A stretch of DNA of 64,000 bases from an uncultured Oscillospiraceae bacterium (GCA_964384725.1 CAYLLJ010000001.1:83093-147092), one strand, 5' to 3'; shown: positions 1-10,631, numbered from the stretch's first letter. A program made the numbers and translations. The notes: generated by a model not told the origin, from the sequence alone.

Positions 1-1197
1 ATCTCTCTCAACATAAAGCTCACGTGAAAAGCTGACCTTGCGAATTCCTTTTGTTTCATCTTCTTTACTGTTTTCTATATCCACTTCCTCGCTCTGATCT
101 TCCGGATAGTTTGTGATCACTACTTTAAGCGGATTCATGACAACCATACGAGTCTCAACCTTATCTTTGAGATCTTCTCTGATACAATGCTCCAACAGTG
201 CAATATCCACCAGGCTGTTTGCCTTAGATACTCCGATTCTTTCACAAAAATCCCGAATTGCTTCAGGTGTGCAGCCCCTTCTGCGCAATCCTGCAATGGT
301 AGGCATTCTTGGGTCATCCCAGCCTTCCACATTTTTATTATCGACAAGCGCTTTCAGATATCGTTTGCTCATAACTGTATTTGTCAAATTTAATCGTGCA
401 AATTCGATCTGCTGCGGAGGCTGCTCCCATTCCAGTTCCCGAAGCACCCAGTCGTAAAGCGGTCTGTGATCCTCAAATTCAAGAGTACAGATGGAATGAG
501 TAATGCCCTCGATGGCATCCTCTATTGGATGGGCATAATCATACATGGGATAGATGCACCATTGATTCCCTGTATTGTGGTGTTCGGCATGCGCGATCCT
601 ATAGATTACCGGGTCCCTCATATTGATATTCGGGGAAGACATATCTATCTTTGCGCGAAGCACTTTTTCACCATCTTGATAAATCCCCTGCCGCATTTTA
701 TCAAAGAGCTCAAGGCTTTCCTCGATGCTCCTGTTCCGGTACGGACTTTCTCTTCCCGGTTCTGTCAGGGTGCCTCTGTATTGTTTAATTTCATCAGCTG
801 ACAAATCACATACATAAGCCTTTCCCTTCTTAATAAGAATTACTGCACATTCATACATTTTATTAAAATAATCGGATGCAAATAATAGCTTCTCCCATTG
901 GAAGCCCAGCCATTTTACGTCAGCCTTTATTGACTCGACATATTCCGTGTCTTCTTTCACCGGGTTGGTGTCGTCAAAGCGCAGATTGCATTTTCCGTTA
1001 TATTTCTGTGCGGTGGTAAAATTAAGACAGATGGATTTCGCATGTCCGATATGGAGGTATCCGTTTGGTTCCGGAGGAAACCTTGTGTAGACCCGCCCGC
1101 CATATGTCTGGTTTTCCAAGTCCTTATCTATAATATTATGAATGAAATTTGATGATATCTGTTCACTGGCACCTTCTGCTTTTTCAATCTCAGCCAT
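1..1197 (-). CDS. glnS: Glutamine--tRNA ligase (5' part; runs off left edge)
   Basis: Not in the ORF track. Hand translation from ATG 1197 (RBS AAGGAGG upstream): [27 protein letters not shown]...[18 protein letters not shown]...LRFDDTNP...[11 protein letters not shown]...[18 protein letters not shown]...VMSKR. These are the class I HIGH and MSKR motifs of GlnRS. Confidence 0.97.
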   Translation of the reverse strand, partial: MAEIEKAEGASEQISSNFIHNIIDKDLENQTYGGRVYTRFPPEPNGYLHIGHAKSICLNFTTAQKYNGKCNLRFDDTNPVKEDTEYVESIKADVKWLGFQWEKLLFASDYFNKMYECAVILIKKGKAYVCDLSADEIKQYRGTLTEPGRESPYRNRSIEESLELFDKMRQGIYQDGEKVLRAKIDMSSPNINMRDPVIYRIAHAEHHNTGNQWCIYPMYDYAHPIEDAIEGITHSICTLEFEDHRPLYDWVLRELEWEQPPQQIEFARLNLTNTVMSKRYLKALVDNKNVEGWDDPRMPTIAGLRRRGCTPEAIRDFCERIGVSKANSLVDIALLEHCIREDLKDKVETRMVVMNPLKVVITNYPEDQSEEVDIENSKEDETKGIRKVSFSRELYVERD

Positions 1198-1330
1198 TTG
1201 ATATTCCTCCTTGTGAATTTATCGTTTTTATTATAACATTGAATCTATTTATGTGCAAAAATTTATTGGGTTATTGATATTTCAGCCATAAATTGCTAAG
1301 ATAAGTAAATATAACGAGGTGGTGATATAT

Positions 1331-1789
1331 TTGGACACGATAGATTCTAAGATTTTAGAAGCCCTACAGGAAAATTCAAGGGTATCCATTTCTGATTTGA
1401 GTAAACATGTTAACTTATCTTTATCAGCTGTCAGTGAACGGCTTAAGAAGCTGGAAGCATCAAATGTAATAGAGAAATTCACCGTCATTCTGGATCCCTT
1501 GGCATTTGGTCAGAGTTTATCTGTCCTAATGAATATAAGTCTTGAGAACCCCAGGGATACCGAGGCGTTTTTCAACATTATCAACAAGGAAAACGAAGTC
1601 CTGGAATGTCATTATGTAACGGGCGAATATGATTATATATTGCGTATAACAACAAAAAACACCGTCACGCTTGAATCATTGATGAATCGAATAAAAGCCC
1701 TCCCGGAAATCAAGAGAACGCAAACCAATGTTATTTTATCTACTCTAAAACAGCGGTACAGCGTATCTCCCCATATACCGGAAAAATGA
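1331..1789 (+). CDS. Lrp/AsnC family transcriptional regulator
   Basis: DTIDSKILEALQENSR...LSLSAVSERLKKLE HTH and ECHYVTGEYDYILR RAM domain; TTG start at 1331 follows GAGGTGGTGA RBS. Confidence 0.92.
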   Translation: MDTIDSKILEALQENSRVSISDLSKHVNLSLSAVSERLKKLEASNVIEKFTVILDPLAFGQSLSVLMNISLENPRDTEAFFNIINKENEVLECHYVTGEYDYILRITTKNTVTLESLMNRIKALPEIKRTQTNVILSTLKQRYSVSPHIPEK

Positions 1790-1801
1790 AAGTTTAAAAC
1801 T

Positions 1802-1838
1802 TAAGGGTGTATCTTAACTAAGTTAAGATACACCCTTA
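1802..1838. terminator. Perfect 18-bp inverted repeat, bidirectional terminator
   Basis: taagggtgtatcttaact-a-agttaagatacaccctta between convergent Lrp and thiolase genes. Confidence 0.8.
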
Positions 1839-1886
1839 TTTATACATGATATGTTGTTCTAAGTCTTGCCCTGTATGCTGTTTTTA

Positions 1887-3065
1887 TTATCTCTCTACTA
1901 CAAGAGCAGTTCCCTGACCGCCGCCGATACAGAGTGTTGCGAGTCCATATTTTGAATCTCTCTTAGCCATTTCATGGATCAGAGTAATCAGGATTCTTGC
2001 TCCGGATGCGCCGATTGGATGTCCAAGTGCAATAGCGCCGCCGTTAACGTTAAGTTTTGTTTCATCAATCCCCAGATCTTTGCCTACTGCTAATGACTGT
2101 GCAGCAAACGCTTCATTTGCTTCGATAAGATCCATATCTTTGATTGTCAGGCCGGCTTTTTCCAAGGCGCCTTTTGAAGCAGGAACAGGACCAACGCCCA
2201 TGATTGAAGGGTCAACTCCTGCAGAAGCATAAGACTTCACTTTGCATAAGTATTTCAATCCGAGAGAATCTGCTTTTTCTTTTGACATTACGATAAGAGC
2301 GGCTCCACTGTCATTGATACCTGATGCATTAGCGGCAGTAACGACTCCATCTTTTTTGAATGCAGGCTTCAATTTTCCTATGCCTTCAGCGGTTGTCCCA
2401 AATTTAGGGAATTCATCAGTATCGAATACGATAGGATCGCCTTTTCTCTGTGGGATTTCTACCGGAACGATTTCTTCTTTGAATTTACCTGCTTTGATAG
2501 CAGCTTCTGCTTTATTCTGAGATGCGGCAGAAAACTTATCAAGCTCTTCTCTTGTCAAACCCCATTGCTCCGCAACATTTTCAGCTGTGATGCCCATATG
2601 ATAATTATTAAAAGCATCCCAAAGTCCATCTTTAATCATCATGTCAACCATCTTTGTGTCGCCCATTCTGGCGCCCCATCTTGCAGCCGGTACAGCATAC
2701 GCCGCTTGGCTCATGCTTTCTGCTCCTCCTGCGAGTACGCAGTCTGCATCTCCTGCTTTAATAATCTGAGCAGCAAGAGCAACACTTCTGAGTCCGGAAC
2801 CACAGACCTTGTTTATAGTCATAGCCGGTACTTCCTTTGGAATTCCCGCTGCCATAGCGATCTGTCTTGCAATATTCTGTCCGAGTCCGCCCTGGAGAAC
2901 ACATCCAAGAACGACTTCATCGATTATCGCAGGATCTATCCCTGCTCTCTTAATCGCTTCCTTCGCTGCAACAACGCCAAGTGTTGTGGCATTAACATCT
3001 TTTAGTGCTCCGCCAAAGCTTCCGATTGGAGTTCTGGCTGCACTGACAATTACTACTTCTCTCAT
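1887..3065 (-). CDS. thlA: Acetyl-CoA C-acetyltransferase (thiolase)
   Basis: [27 protein letters not shown] catalytic Cys, [23 protein letters not shown]; start after AGGAGG RBS. Confidence 0.97.
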   Translation of the reverse strand: MREVVIVSAARTPIGSFGGALKDVNATTLGVVAAKEAIKRAGIDPAIIDEVVLGCVLQGGLGQNIARQIAMAAGIPKEVPAMTINKVCGSGLRSVALAAQIIKAGDADCVLAGGAESMSQAAYAVPAARWGARMGDTKMVDMMIKDGLWDAFNNYHMGITAENVAEQWGLTREELDKFSAASQNKAEAAIKAGKFKEEIVPVEIPQRKGDPIVFDTDEFPKFGTTAEGIGKLKPAFKKDGVVTAANASGINDSGAALIVMSKEKADSLGLKYLCKVKSYASAGVDPSIMGVGPVPASKGALEKAGLTIKDMDLIEANEAFAAQSLAVGKDLGIDETKLNVNGGAIALGHPIGASGARILITLIHEMAKRDSKYGLATLCIGGGQGTALVVER

Positions 3066-3313
3066 TGTAATCCTCCTATAGATCAATTCTTCTATTTAAC
3101 ATATAGGCATGAAAATCTCAAATTTTCATTTGTGGATTTTCAGGTCTAACTAATAAAATAAAACCTTATTGTATATAAAAACACGAACAATATAATCATA
3201 CCATGATTCCGATAAAAAACAAGAGTTATACAAAAAGTCGAAAAATTCAAATTTGATAGTATTTTACACTCTAAAAATCTTTCAGTCGAAGTCGTTTAAT
3301 AGTTTTTCCGGCT

Positions 3314-4252
3314 TCACAGATCTTCCTTAAATATTGCGATATGGCACTCTATCAGCTTGCATGGCTTATATGACAGCTTTGCCTTTCGTAGTCCGGGAAT
3401 CCCCATATCCTCTTCTCTGTTTATGTATTTTATATGGGGTGCGACATGCTTGCAGAATTCATTGTTGATCAGCGGATAGAGTCCCCGATAGCCGATATTG
3501 GCTTTTTCAACGTGAACTGTTACGGTGTTTCTGTTCAATTGTCCCCCTATACTCAATGCTTCAATCTTACCGTCGATAATGACGGCAGCAGTCATGTATC
3601 CTACTGTTTCGATATTGTTAAAAACATCAACCATTGCAAGCTCTTCCATCTTCAGAAGTGCTATCTCGTGATCAGGTAAGTTTTTTCTTGCATTAAATTC
3701 CCGGATGAACTGCATCGCTTTTTCCGACATTGCTGAAGTTAAATCTACATATTCATACCGGTAGTTATTTAAAAAGTAATTTAAGTGGTTCTTTTTGCTG
3801 TGATATTCCCTGCCCTTAAGCTCTATTAAATCCCTCTTTCTATATAAATAATCGTAATTTGGCCGATCATCAAAAAACTTCAGTTCGCCAGGTAATGCAT
3901 TTTCGAGAACCTCCATCATATGGAAAGGCATCAGCCTGATGCTGAACTTGTATCCTTTTGATTCAAAAATTTGCTTTGCCTCTTTGATGGTATCCCTTAG
4001 TGATTTCGAATTATAGGTGCCGGTTTTAGTGAGAGGCGGAAACAGGAAAGGTTCTTTTTTTTCTGTTTCGAGATGGCTGAGTCCTGCAATACAAAGATAG
4101 TCCCCTACGATCTGCCAACTGAAGTTATTGATATTTCTCCACATATAAAGTGACGTAAAGGATAGTCCTGAGGTACAGTAATCAAACCCGCCAAGATATT
4201 CCTCAAGCATGGGTCTTTCTTCTATTGTGATACGATTTTCAAGCATAAACAT
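3314..4252 (-). CDS. DUF2156 / phosphatidylglycerol lysyltransferase C-terminal-like (GNAT-fold) protein
   Basis: DYLY...L.G..YHSKKNHLN, VHVEKA, YINREEDMGIPGLRKAKLSYKP motifs. Confidence 0.85.
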   Translation of the reverse strand: MFMLENRITIEERPMLEEYLGGFDYCTSGLSFTSLYMWRNINNFSWQIVGDYLCIAGLSHLETEKKEPFLFPPLTKTGTYNSKSLRDTIKEAKQIFESKGYKFSIRLMPFHMMEVLENALPGELKFFDDRPNYDYLYRKRDLIELKGREYHSKKNHLNYFLNNYRYEYVDLTSAMSEKAMQFIREFNARKNLPDHEIALLKMEELAMVDVFNNIETVGYMTAAVIIDGKIEALSIGGQLNRNTVTVHVEKANIGYRGLYPLINNEFCKHVAPHIKYINREEDMGIPGLRKAKLSYKPCKLIECHIAIFKEDL

Positions 4253-4271
4253 ATTCGATTGCCTTTCTATC

Positions 4272-4859
4272 TCATTTCACTAATGCTGAAATCTGCTTGA
4301 ACCCCGGCTCCTTTGAACCTATTAACAGTTCAAACAGGATAGATTCAAATGTTGTGCCGACAGCCCCGGCATCGCCCATTCTGCGTTGTGAATATTTTTT
4401 GTCCTCGTTGTTTCTTGAAGATATACAGTCATTAGCGACAAAAACAGTATACCCGTTATCCAGCAGATCTAATACAGTCTGCTGCACACAGACATGCGCC
4501 TCGACCCCAGCAATAATCACGTTCTTTCTTCCCAGATCTTTAAGTGCCTGCACAAATGCAGGTTCATTCATGGAACTGAAGCTTGTTTTTTCAACGATTT
4601 GAAATGTTTCCGGTTCAGCCGTATCTTCAAGGGGTTCGTTTAATGCCGCAAGAATGTCTCCCACAGTTTGACCTAACCCTTTTGTATACTGTTGTGTTAT
4701 AATGACAGGCACTCCTAAAATCCTGCACCCTTTTATAAGTTTAGCCGCTGCCGCCTCTACCTCTTCTTTGTTTTTCATTGCCGGCATTAGCTTCTCCTGA
4801 AAATCAATTGCTACCAGTACCGTGTCTTCCTTTTTTAACCTTTGTACTTTATTCCCCAT
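4272..4859 (-). CDS. Isochorismatase family cysteine hydrolase
   Basis: VAIDFQEKL, QQYTKGLGQT, EKTSFS, GVEAHVCVQQT. Confidence 0.9.
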   Translation of the reverse strand: MGNKVQRLKKEDTVLVAIDFQEKLMPAMKNKEEVEAAAAKLIKGCRILGVPVIITQQYTKGLGQTVGDILAALNEPLEDTAEPETFQIVEKTSFSSMNEPAFVQALKDLGRKNVIIAGVEAHVCVQQTVLDLLDNGYTVFVANDCISSRNNEDKKYSQRRMGDAGAVGTTFESILFELLIGSKEPGFKQISALVK

Positions 4860-5605
4860 GACTTAACCTCCTCAATTAATTTATAGCTTGTCAGATCATA
4901 ATGCAGCGGTGTTATGCTGGCATAGCCGTCCTGCATCGCAATGACGTCAATATCCCCGGGTAAATCTTCATAAATGACCGGTACCCCTGAATACCAGTAT
5001 TCCATTTCACCATTTTCACCATTTTTCGGCTCAAACCATTCTTCGTATTCTCTCGCCCCGAGGCGGGTTACTTTCATACCCTTGATTTCTGACACCGGAA
5101 GATTCGGTACATTAATATTTAAAACCGTATTGGAATTAATTCTCCCTGACGCTGCCTTTACTGTTCTGACCGCAAGATCACAAGCTGCCTCAAATGTGAG
5201 CGGAAAATGATCGTTAACTGAAACGGCAATCGCAGGAAGTCCGCAGATACACCCCTCAATTGCAGCGGAAACTGTTCCCGAATAAAGAGTATCTGTTCCC
5301 AGATTTCCTCCATGGTTAATTCCCGAACATACCATATGGATTTTTACACCCTGTTCCGTAAGCATTTTTAAACCCAGCTTGACACAATCCGCAGGCGTGC
5401 CGGTAAACTCCCAGGCTCTTTTTGCATTTGGGAATTCAACTTCACGCATAACAATCGGTTTTCCTATGGTTATTCCGTGTCCGCAGGCACTGCGCTGTAT
5501 ATGCGGTGCACACACGTAGATATTAGCGACCTGCGACAGGGCACGAGTTAATTCTTTGATGCCCTTTGCATCGATCCCATCATCGTTAGCTATTAAAATA
5601 TTCAT
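4835..5605 (-). CDS. surE: 5'/3'-nucleotidase SurE
   Basis: ILIANDDG, GTPADCV, SGINHGGNLG..LYSGTV. Confidence 0.96.
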   Translation of the reverse strand: MNILIANDDGIDAKGIKELTRALSQVANIYVCAPHIQRSACGHGITIGKPIVMREVEFPNAKRAWEFTGTPADCVKLGLKMLTEQGVKIHMVCSGINHGGNLGTDTLYSGTVSAAIEGCICGLPAIAVSVNDHFPLTFEAACDLAVRTVKAASGRINSNTVLNINVPNLPVSEIKGMKVTRLGAREYEEWFEPKNGENGEMEYWYSGVPVIYEDLPGDIDVIAMQDGYASITPLHYDLTSYKLIEEVKSWGIKYKG

Positions 5606-5781
5606 TATAGACCTCCATTTTTATATCCCTGAATATGTATTATACCACCAGTTTTCCATTTTTAAAACAAAACACCTTTTTACATACGCTGCCGCGATCC
5701 TCAGCCATTATTAACCCTTGTAAATATTTGTTTTTTTGGTTACAATAAATTATAAAATCGATAACAAAAAGGGGGGATCTA

Positions 5782-7359
5782 TTGAGAAATGCGTTGATTT
5801 TACAGTTTAAAGAAGCTATTGCTTCGTTACTGCCGATTATCATTATTGTTTTATTTCTTGACTTTACAGTAGTACCAATGCCATTTCACATTCGCAGCTC
5901 ATTTTTGATCGGTTCTCTGCTTTTAATTATAGGTATGGGTCTTTTCACTTTTGGGGCTGAAGTTGCTATGATTCCAATGGGAGAGCATATAGGAAGCCAG
6001 CTTACAAAATCTCGAAGTCTTCCTCTTTTAGTCGGAGTAAGCCTTGCAATGGGCACCATGGTCACCCTTGCCGAGCCTGATCTCCAAGTATTAGCAGGGC
6101 AAGTGCCCTCTATTCCGAAAGCGATTTTGATTGTAACCGTAGCGGTTGGAGTAGGTATATTTTTAGTTGTTTCTCTGCTGCGAATCCTTTTCCGATGGAA
6201 TTTGGCACATCTGCTAATTCTTATTTATCTGGCGGCGTTTGCAATCGGTGCCTTTACGTCTGAAACATACTTAGCAATAGCCTTTGATGCGGGCGGTGTC
6301 ACTACCGGCCCTATTACGGTCCCTTTTATTCTTGCATTAGGGATAGGTGTCTCTGCGGTTCACGGAAGTAAAAATTCTGATGACAGCTTCGGTCTGCTTG
6401 CCCTTTGTTCAGCAGGACCGGTGATTGCTGTAATCATTTTAGGGATATTTTTTGATTCATCCGGCACGGGAAGCATTTTCTATGCGGAGACGAAATATGT
6501 GGAAAATATAGCTGAGATATTTCAACTATTTAACAATAGCTTTCCTGTCTATCTTAAAGAAATCGTTATATCGCTTACGCCCATTGTCTTGTTTTTCTCA
6601 GTATTTCAGCTGATCTACTTAAAGCTTCCGAAAAGCCAGATAATAAAAATTATCGTCGGTATTATTTATACCGGTGCAGGGCTGATTCTTTTTCTTACGG
6701 GCGTTAATACCGGTTTTCTTCCGATGGGATTGTTTATCGGCGAATACCTGGGCGGAATCTCATATAACTGGATTCTGATACCGTTTGGCATGCTTGTGGG
6801 TTTTTTTATTGTAGCAGCAGAACCTGCAGTTCATGTTTTAAACAAGCAGGTAGAAGAGATTACGGGAGGTTCGATTTCTAAGAATGCAATGCTTTGGAGT
6901 TTATCCATAGGAGTTTCCATCTCAGTTGGCCTGGCCATGATTCGCGTGATTTACGGACTGAGTATCTGGTATTTTCTGTTCCCCTGCTACATTTTGGCAT
7001 TAATCTTAACCTTTTTTGTTCCCAAGGTATTCATAGCAGTCGCTTTTGACTCCGGAGGCGTGGCTTCGGGAACTATGACGGCAACATTTTTACTTCCCTT
7101 AGCAATAGGCACCTGTATAGCTGTAGGCGGCAATATAATGACAGACGCTTTTGGAATTATCGCAATGGTTGCGATGGCACCTTTAGTCACTATACAGGTT
7201 ATGGGATTGATATATAAGGTTAAGATCAGAAGTACGGAAGAAGAAGAAGAAGAAATTATCGATGACATTTCAGAGGAAATTGAGGATTATGCAAAACGTC
7301 CGGGAGGAGAAGATCTTGCCGGCGCCTCAGGTGATAATGAGTACGTGGATTTGGAATAA
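5782..7359 (+). CDS. DUF1538 multi-pass membrane protein (two internal repeats, acidic C-tail)
   Basis: Repeated AEPDL/AEPAV, FDAGGVTTGPITVPF/FDSGGVASGTMT and DSFG/DAFG motifs; very hydrophobic. Confidence 0.88.
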   Translation: MRNALILQFKEAIASLLPIIIIVLFLDFTVVPMPFHIRSSFLIGSLLLIIGMGLFTFGAEVAMIPMGEHIGSQLTKSRSLPLLVGVSLAMGTMVTLAEPDLQVLAGQVPSIPKAILIVTVAVGVGIFLVVSLLRILFRWNLAHLLILIYLAAFAIGAFTSETYLAIAFDAGGVTTGPITVPFILALGIGVSAVHGSKNSDDSFGLLALCSAGPVIAVIILGIFFDSSGTGSIFYAETKYVENIAEIFQLFNNSFPVYLKEIVISLTPIVLFFSVFQLIYLKLPKSQIIKIIVGIIYTGAGLILFLTGVNTGFLPMGLFIGEYLGGISYNWILIPFGMLVGFFIVAAEPAVHVLNKQVEEITGGSISKNAMLWSLSIGVSISVGLAMIRVIYGLSIWYFLFPCYILALILTFFVPKVFIAVAFDSGGVASGTMTATFLLPLAIGTCIAVGGNIMTDAFGIIAMVAMAPLVTIQVMGLIYKVKIRSTEEEEEEIIDDISEEIEDYAKRPGGEDLAGASGDNEYVDLE

Positions 7360-7412
7360 TCTTAGGGCATAATGCCGGACGATGAAGCAAAATGTTTAGA
7401 CGGGGAATTTTC

Positions 7413-9146
7413 ATGAAAAATCAATTTATTTTAAAAACAAAAGAATCTCTGGCATCTGTGCTGCCTATTACATTTATTGTCTTGCTTATCAATTTTACAA
7501 TAGCACCAATGCCTTTGGTCATTCGTGGTCTTTTTCTTTTAGGCGCTATACTGCTCATTTTGGGGATGGGTTTATTTACTTTGGGAGCGGATATGGCTCT
7601 GATGCCTATGGGTGAACAAATCGGTTCAGTCCTGACAAAGTCCAGGAAATTATATCTGCTTATAGGTGTTTCTCTGATAATGGGGATTATGGTAACGGTT
7701 GCAGAACCTGATCTTCAAGTCCTTGCTGAGCAGGTGCCTACAATCCCGAATCATATCATCATCCTTGCGGTTGCTGCAGGATTGGGTGTTTTTCTTGTTC
7801 TTGCGATACTTCGCATCATATTTCAATGGAGATTATCCTATTTACTGATTGGTTTATATATTGGCGTATTCATTTTAAGTGCTTTTGTTCCGGAAGATTT
7901 TGTCGCAGTTGCCTTTGGCGCCGGAGGGGTGGCAACGGGGCCGATTACTGTTCCATTTATTCTTGCCCTTGGGATTGGTATTTCTTCCGTTCGCGGAGGG
8001 AAAAGTTCTCATGATGACAGCTTCGGACTTATAGCCCTATGTTCTGTCGGGCCGATTTTGGCTGTAATGCTGCTTGGAATATTTTATGATACATCTCATA
8101 TTCAAACTGCTAAAAGCCTGCCTGATGCAAAAAATCTGCTTGATCTTTTCCGTTTATTCGGAGAAAGTTTCCCTGAATATTTTAAAGTGGTTGGATTAGC
8201 CCTTACGCCTATTGTCGGTTCTTTTACCCTGTTTCAGATCTTCGCCCTCAAACTGCCAAAAATTAAATTCGTCAAAATGATTATCGGCAGTATCTATACC
8301 TACCTTGGTCTGGTCTTATTCCTGACCGGAGTAAACGTAGGATTTCTCCCTGCCGGCAGCTTTATCGGTGCTTCTATAGGAGAACTTGATCACAATTGGA
8401 TTTTAATTCCTTTAGGGATGATCATGGGTTTCTCTATCGTTGCTGCGGAACCGGCAGTACATGTATTAAACGATGAGGTTGAAGAGATGACCGCAGGTGC
8501 GATCTCCAAAAATTCAATGCTATTGAGTTTATCTATCGGTGTTGCAATTTCTGTCGGGCTTGCCATGATTCAAGTCCTTACAGGAATAGATATTTTTTAT
8601 ATCCTGATACCCGGTTATATCATCGCTTTGGCGCTGACCTTTTTTGTGCCGAAAATATTTACAGCTATCGCTTTTGACTCGGGCGGTGTAGCTACCGGTC
8701 CTATGACCGTAGTGTTTCTTCTTCCTTTTACCATGGGTGCCTGCAAGGCAGTCGGCGGCAATATACTCCGTGATTCCTTCGGTATCGTAGCAATAGTTGC
8801 CATGGCGCCTCTTATCACGATACAGGTCATGGGCTTGATCTACGAAATAAAGAATAAATACACCAGCGAAGAAGAAGCGGAAGTATTAGAAGAAATTACC
8901 GGAGGAATGGAGGACAAAGAAATTGCAGCTTTGTATAACAGGCTTTTTGAGAAGCCGGAATCCTATCTGCGAACGGATGATTTTGGATATATTGATAATA
9001 AAAAAAGTAGTAGTGACCTTTTTGGGGAAAAGCATTATAATGATGTGACGAACGATAATGAATATATAAATTTTGAGGATTATGAAAAACTGGTACTGCC
9101 TGAGGATTTTGATTATACAGTAAAAAAGCCAGGAAATGAACGCTAA
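7413..9146 (+). CDS. DUF1538 multi-pass membrane protein, paralog 2
   Basis: Same motifs as the upstream gene (AEPDL, GGVATGPITVPF, DDSFGL, FDSGGVATGPMT); longer acidic tail. Confidence 0.88.
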   Translation: MKNQFILKTKESLASVLPITFIVLLINFTIAPMPLVIRGLFLLGAILLILGMGLFTLGADMALMPMGEQIGSVLTKSRKLYLLIGVSLIMGIMVTVAEPDLQVLAEQVPTIPNHIIILAVAAGLGVFLVLAILRIIFQWRLSYLLIGLYIGVFILSAFVPEDFVAVAFGAGGVATGPITVPFILALGIGISSVRGGKSSHDDSFGLIALCSVGPILAVMLLGIFYDTSHIQTAKSLPDAKNLLDLFRLFGESFPEYFKVVGLALTPIVGSFTLFQIFALKLPKIKFVKMIIGSIYTYLGLVLFLTGVNVGFLPAGSFIGASIGELDHNWILIPLGMIMGFSIVAAEPAVHVLNDEVEEMTAGAISKNSMLLSLSIGVAISVGLAMIQVLTGIDIFYILIPGYIIALALTFFVPKIFTAIAFDSGGVATGPMTVVFLLPFTMGACKAVGGNILRDSFGIVAIVAMAPLITIQVMGLIYEIKNKYTSEEEAEVLEEITGGMEDKEIAALYNRLFEKPESYLRTDDFGYIDNKKSSSDLFGEKHYNDVTNDNEYINFEDYEKLVLPEDFDYTVKKPGNER

Positions 9147-9158
9147 AGGAGAAAACAC

Positions 9159-9518
9159 ATGGAAGAGGGGAAACAGCCTGCGATAAAAAGGATAAAGCTG
9201 CTCATTGCAATCGTTGATCGCGGGAAAGGAGATACTGTTGCGGAAATCCTAAGGGACAGCGGAGTTACTTTTAATATGATAGCACCTGCCGCTTGCGATT
9301 CCGGTTCCGGTATCATGGATGTTCTGGGGCTTTCCAACCAGGAGCGGGATATAATATTGAGCGTTGTGACTGAAGATAAGGTGCCGGCCGTAATGCAAAA
9401 ACTCCTTTATAAACTTGATCTTGATGAGCGAGGAAACGGGATAGCATTTACGATTCCAATTATCGGAGTAAGCGGACCAAAGGCATTGCGCTATATGTCC
9501 GGCGATTTTGAACAATAA
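9159..9518 (+). CDS. P-II-like protein (degenerate)
   Basis: KLLIAIVDRGKGD N-terminal strand, RDIILSVV, GNGIAFTIPI B-loop-like motif; GlnB-like size; RBS AAGGAG. Confidence 0.75.
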   Translation: MEEGKQPAIKRIKLLIAIVDRGKGDTVAEILRDSGVTFNMIAPAACDSGSGIMDVLGLSNQERDIILSVVTEDKVPAVMQKLLYKLDLDERGNGIAFTIPIIGVSGPKALRYMSGDFEQ

Positions 9519-9535
9519 GAAAGAGGTGGGTTCAC

Positions 9536-9889
9536 TTGGATAAAGAAAGAGAATATGATTTAATCCTTACAATAGTAAACCGGGGGTTTGCCGACATGGC
9601 AGTAGATGCTGCAAGAGAAGCGGGTGCCAACGGCGGTACCGTTTTCTATGCAAGAGGCACCGGAATACACGAATTAGAGAAATTTTTTGCTATCTCTATC
9701 CAGCCGGAGAAAGAAATTCTGTTGAATGTTGTCAAGCATGAGGAAACACAGGCTATCATGCATGCCATCGTCGAAGCTGCCGGTTTGAAAACAGAAGGAA
9801 AAGGCCTGGCCTTTTCCCTGCCTATTTCTGATGTCGTAGGTATTGCACACCTTATGGGGACTGATGATAATGAAAAGGCAAAAGACTGA
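9536..9889 (+). CDS. P-II family protein (non-GlnB/K type)
   Basis: IVNRGFA..AVDAAREAGANGGTVFYARGTG, PEKEIL, GKGLAFSLPI; TTG start with GAGGTG RBS. Confidence 0.85.
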   Translation: MDKEREYDLILTIVNRGFADMAVDAAREAGANGGTVFYARGTGIHELEKFFAISIQPEKEILLNVVKHEETQAIMHAIVEAAGLKTEGKGLAFSLPISDVVGIAHLMGTDDNEKAKD

Positions 9890-9890
9890 T

Positions 9891-10631
9891 TCAGCCTAAC
9901 ACTTCCCCTATCGAGTCATGGATAACAAGGTTGGCACGCCGGTCATATTGAGTTGTTGACTTGTTGATGAGGATGAGATTGTTTCCGTGGAAATAATTAA
10001 TCAATCCAGAGGCCGGATATACCACAAGAGATGTCCCTCCTACTATAAGAAGATCTGCTTTTGCAATAGCATCGATGGCTCCTGCCATAACACCCTGATC
10101 CAGCGGCTCTTCATATAATACAACATCGGGCTTGACCAGCCCTCCGCATTTATTGCATTTAGGGATTTGATTGCCGGTCTCACCGTTTTCCGGACTGCTC
10201 CCGGATTGCATAATATAGCTTACATCGTAAAAATTATTGCATTGCATGCAATAATTGCGAAGCACAGAACCATGAAGCTCATATACATTTTTACTGCCCG
10301 CAAGTTGATGAAGACCGTCAATGTTCTGCGTGACAATTGCTTTCACTTTCCCCTTTTCTTCAAGCTCAGCCAAGGCGTAATGTGCCTTATTTGGCTTCAC
10401 GTCAGGATATATCATGTTCTTTTTATAATAATCGTAAAAGGTCTCTGTATGTTTTATAAAAAATGTGTGACTCAGCATTTCTTCGGGAGCATAACCATAT
10501 TGAGACTGTGCCTGGTACAGTCCGTTCTCTGACCTAAAGTCCGGAATACCGCTCTCTGTCGAGACACCGGCCCCTCCAAAAAAGACAATATTCTCGCTTT
10601 TACCAATTAACTCTTTAACTCTGCTATCCAA
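9891..10631 (-). CDS. cobB: NAD-dependent protein deacylase (sirtuin)
   Basis: GGAGVSTESGIPDFRS, TQNIDGLHQ, ELHGS, two CxxC, KPDVVLYEE, GTSLVVYPA; TTG start after GAGGTG. Confidence 0.95.
   Translation of the reverse strand: MDSRVKELIGKSENIVFFGGAGVSTESGIPDFRSENGLYQAQSQYGYAPEEMLSHTFFIKHTETFYDYYKKNMIYPDVKPNKAHYALAELEEKGKVKAIVTQNIDGLHQLAGSKNVYELHGSVLRNYCMQCNNFYDVSYIMQSGSSPENGETGNQIPKCNKCGGLVKPDVVLYEEPLDQGVMAGAIDAIAKADLLIVGGTSLVVYPASGLINYFHGNNLILINKSTTQYDRRANLVIHDSIGEVLG

Noticed and set aside
16-31. parS-like TCACGTGAAA near the origin region
   Set aside because: Several mismatches to TGTTTCACGTGAAACA and it lies inside glnS coding sequence.
113-801. Plus-strand ORFs at 113-457, 187-393 and 466-801
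   Set aside because: Antisense shadows of glnS. The same applies to the many short ORFs opposite or nested in the thl, fab, leu, ser, gyr and dnaN genes.
1-1197. GlnRS in a Firmicute as an oddity
   Set aside because: glnS is well known in clostridia.
1802-1838. Perfect palindrome as a transposon end or operator
   Set aside because: Its position between convergent genes is fully explained by a bidirectional terminator.
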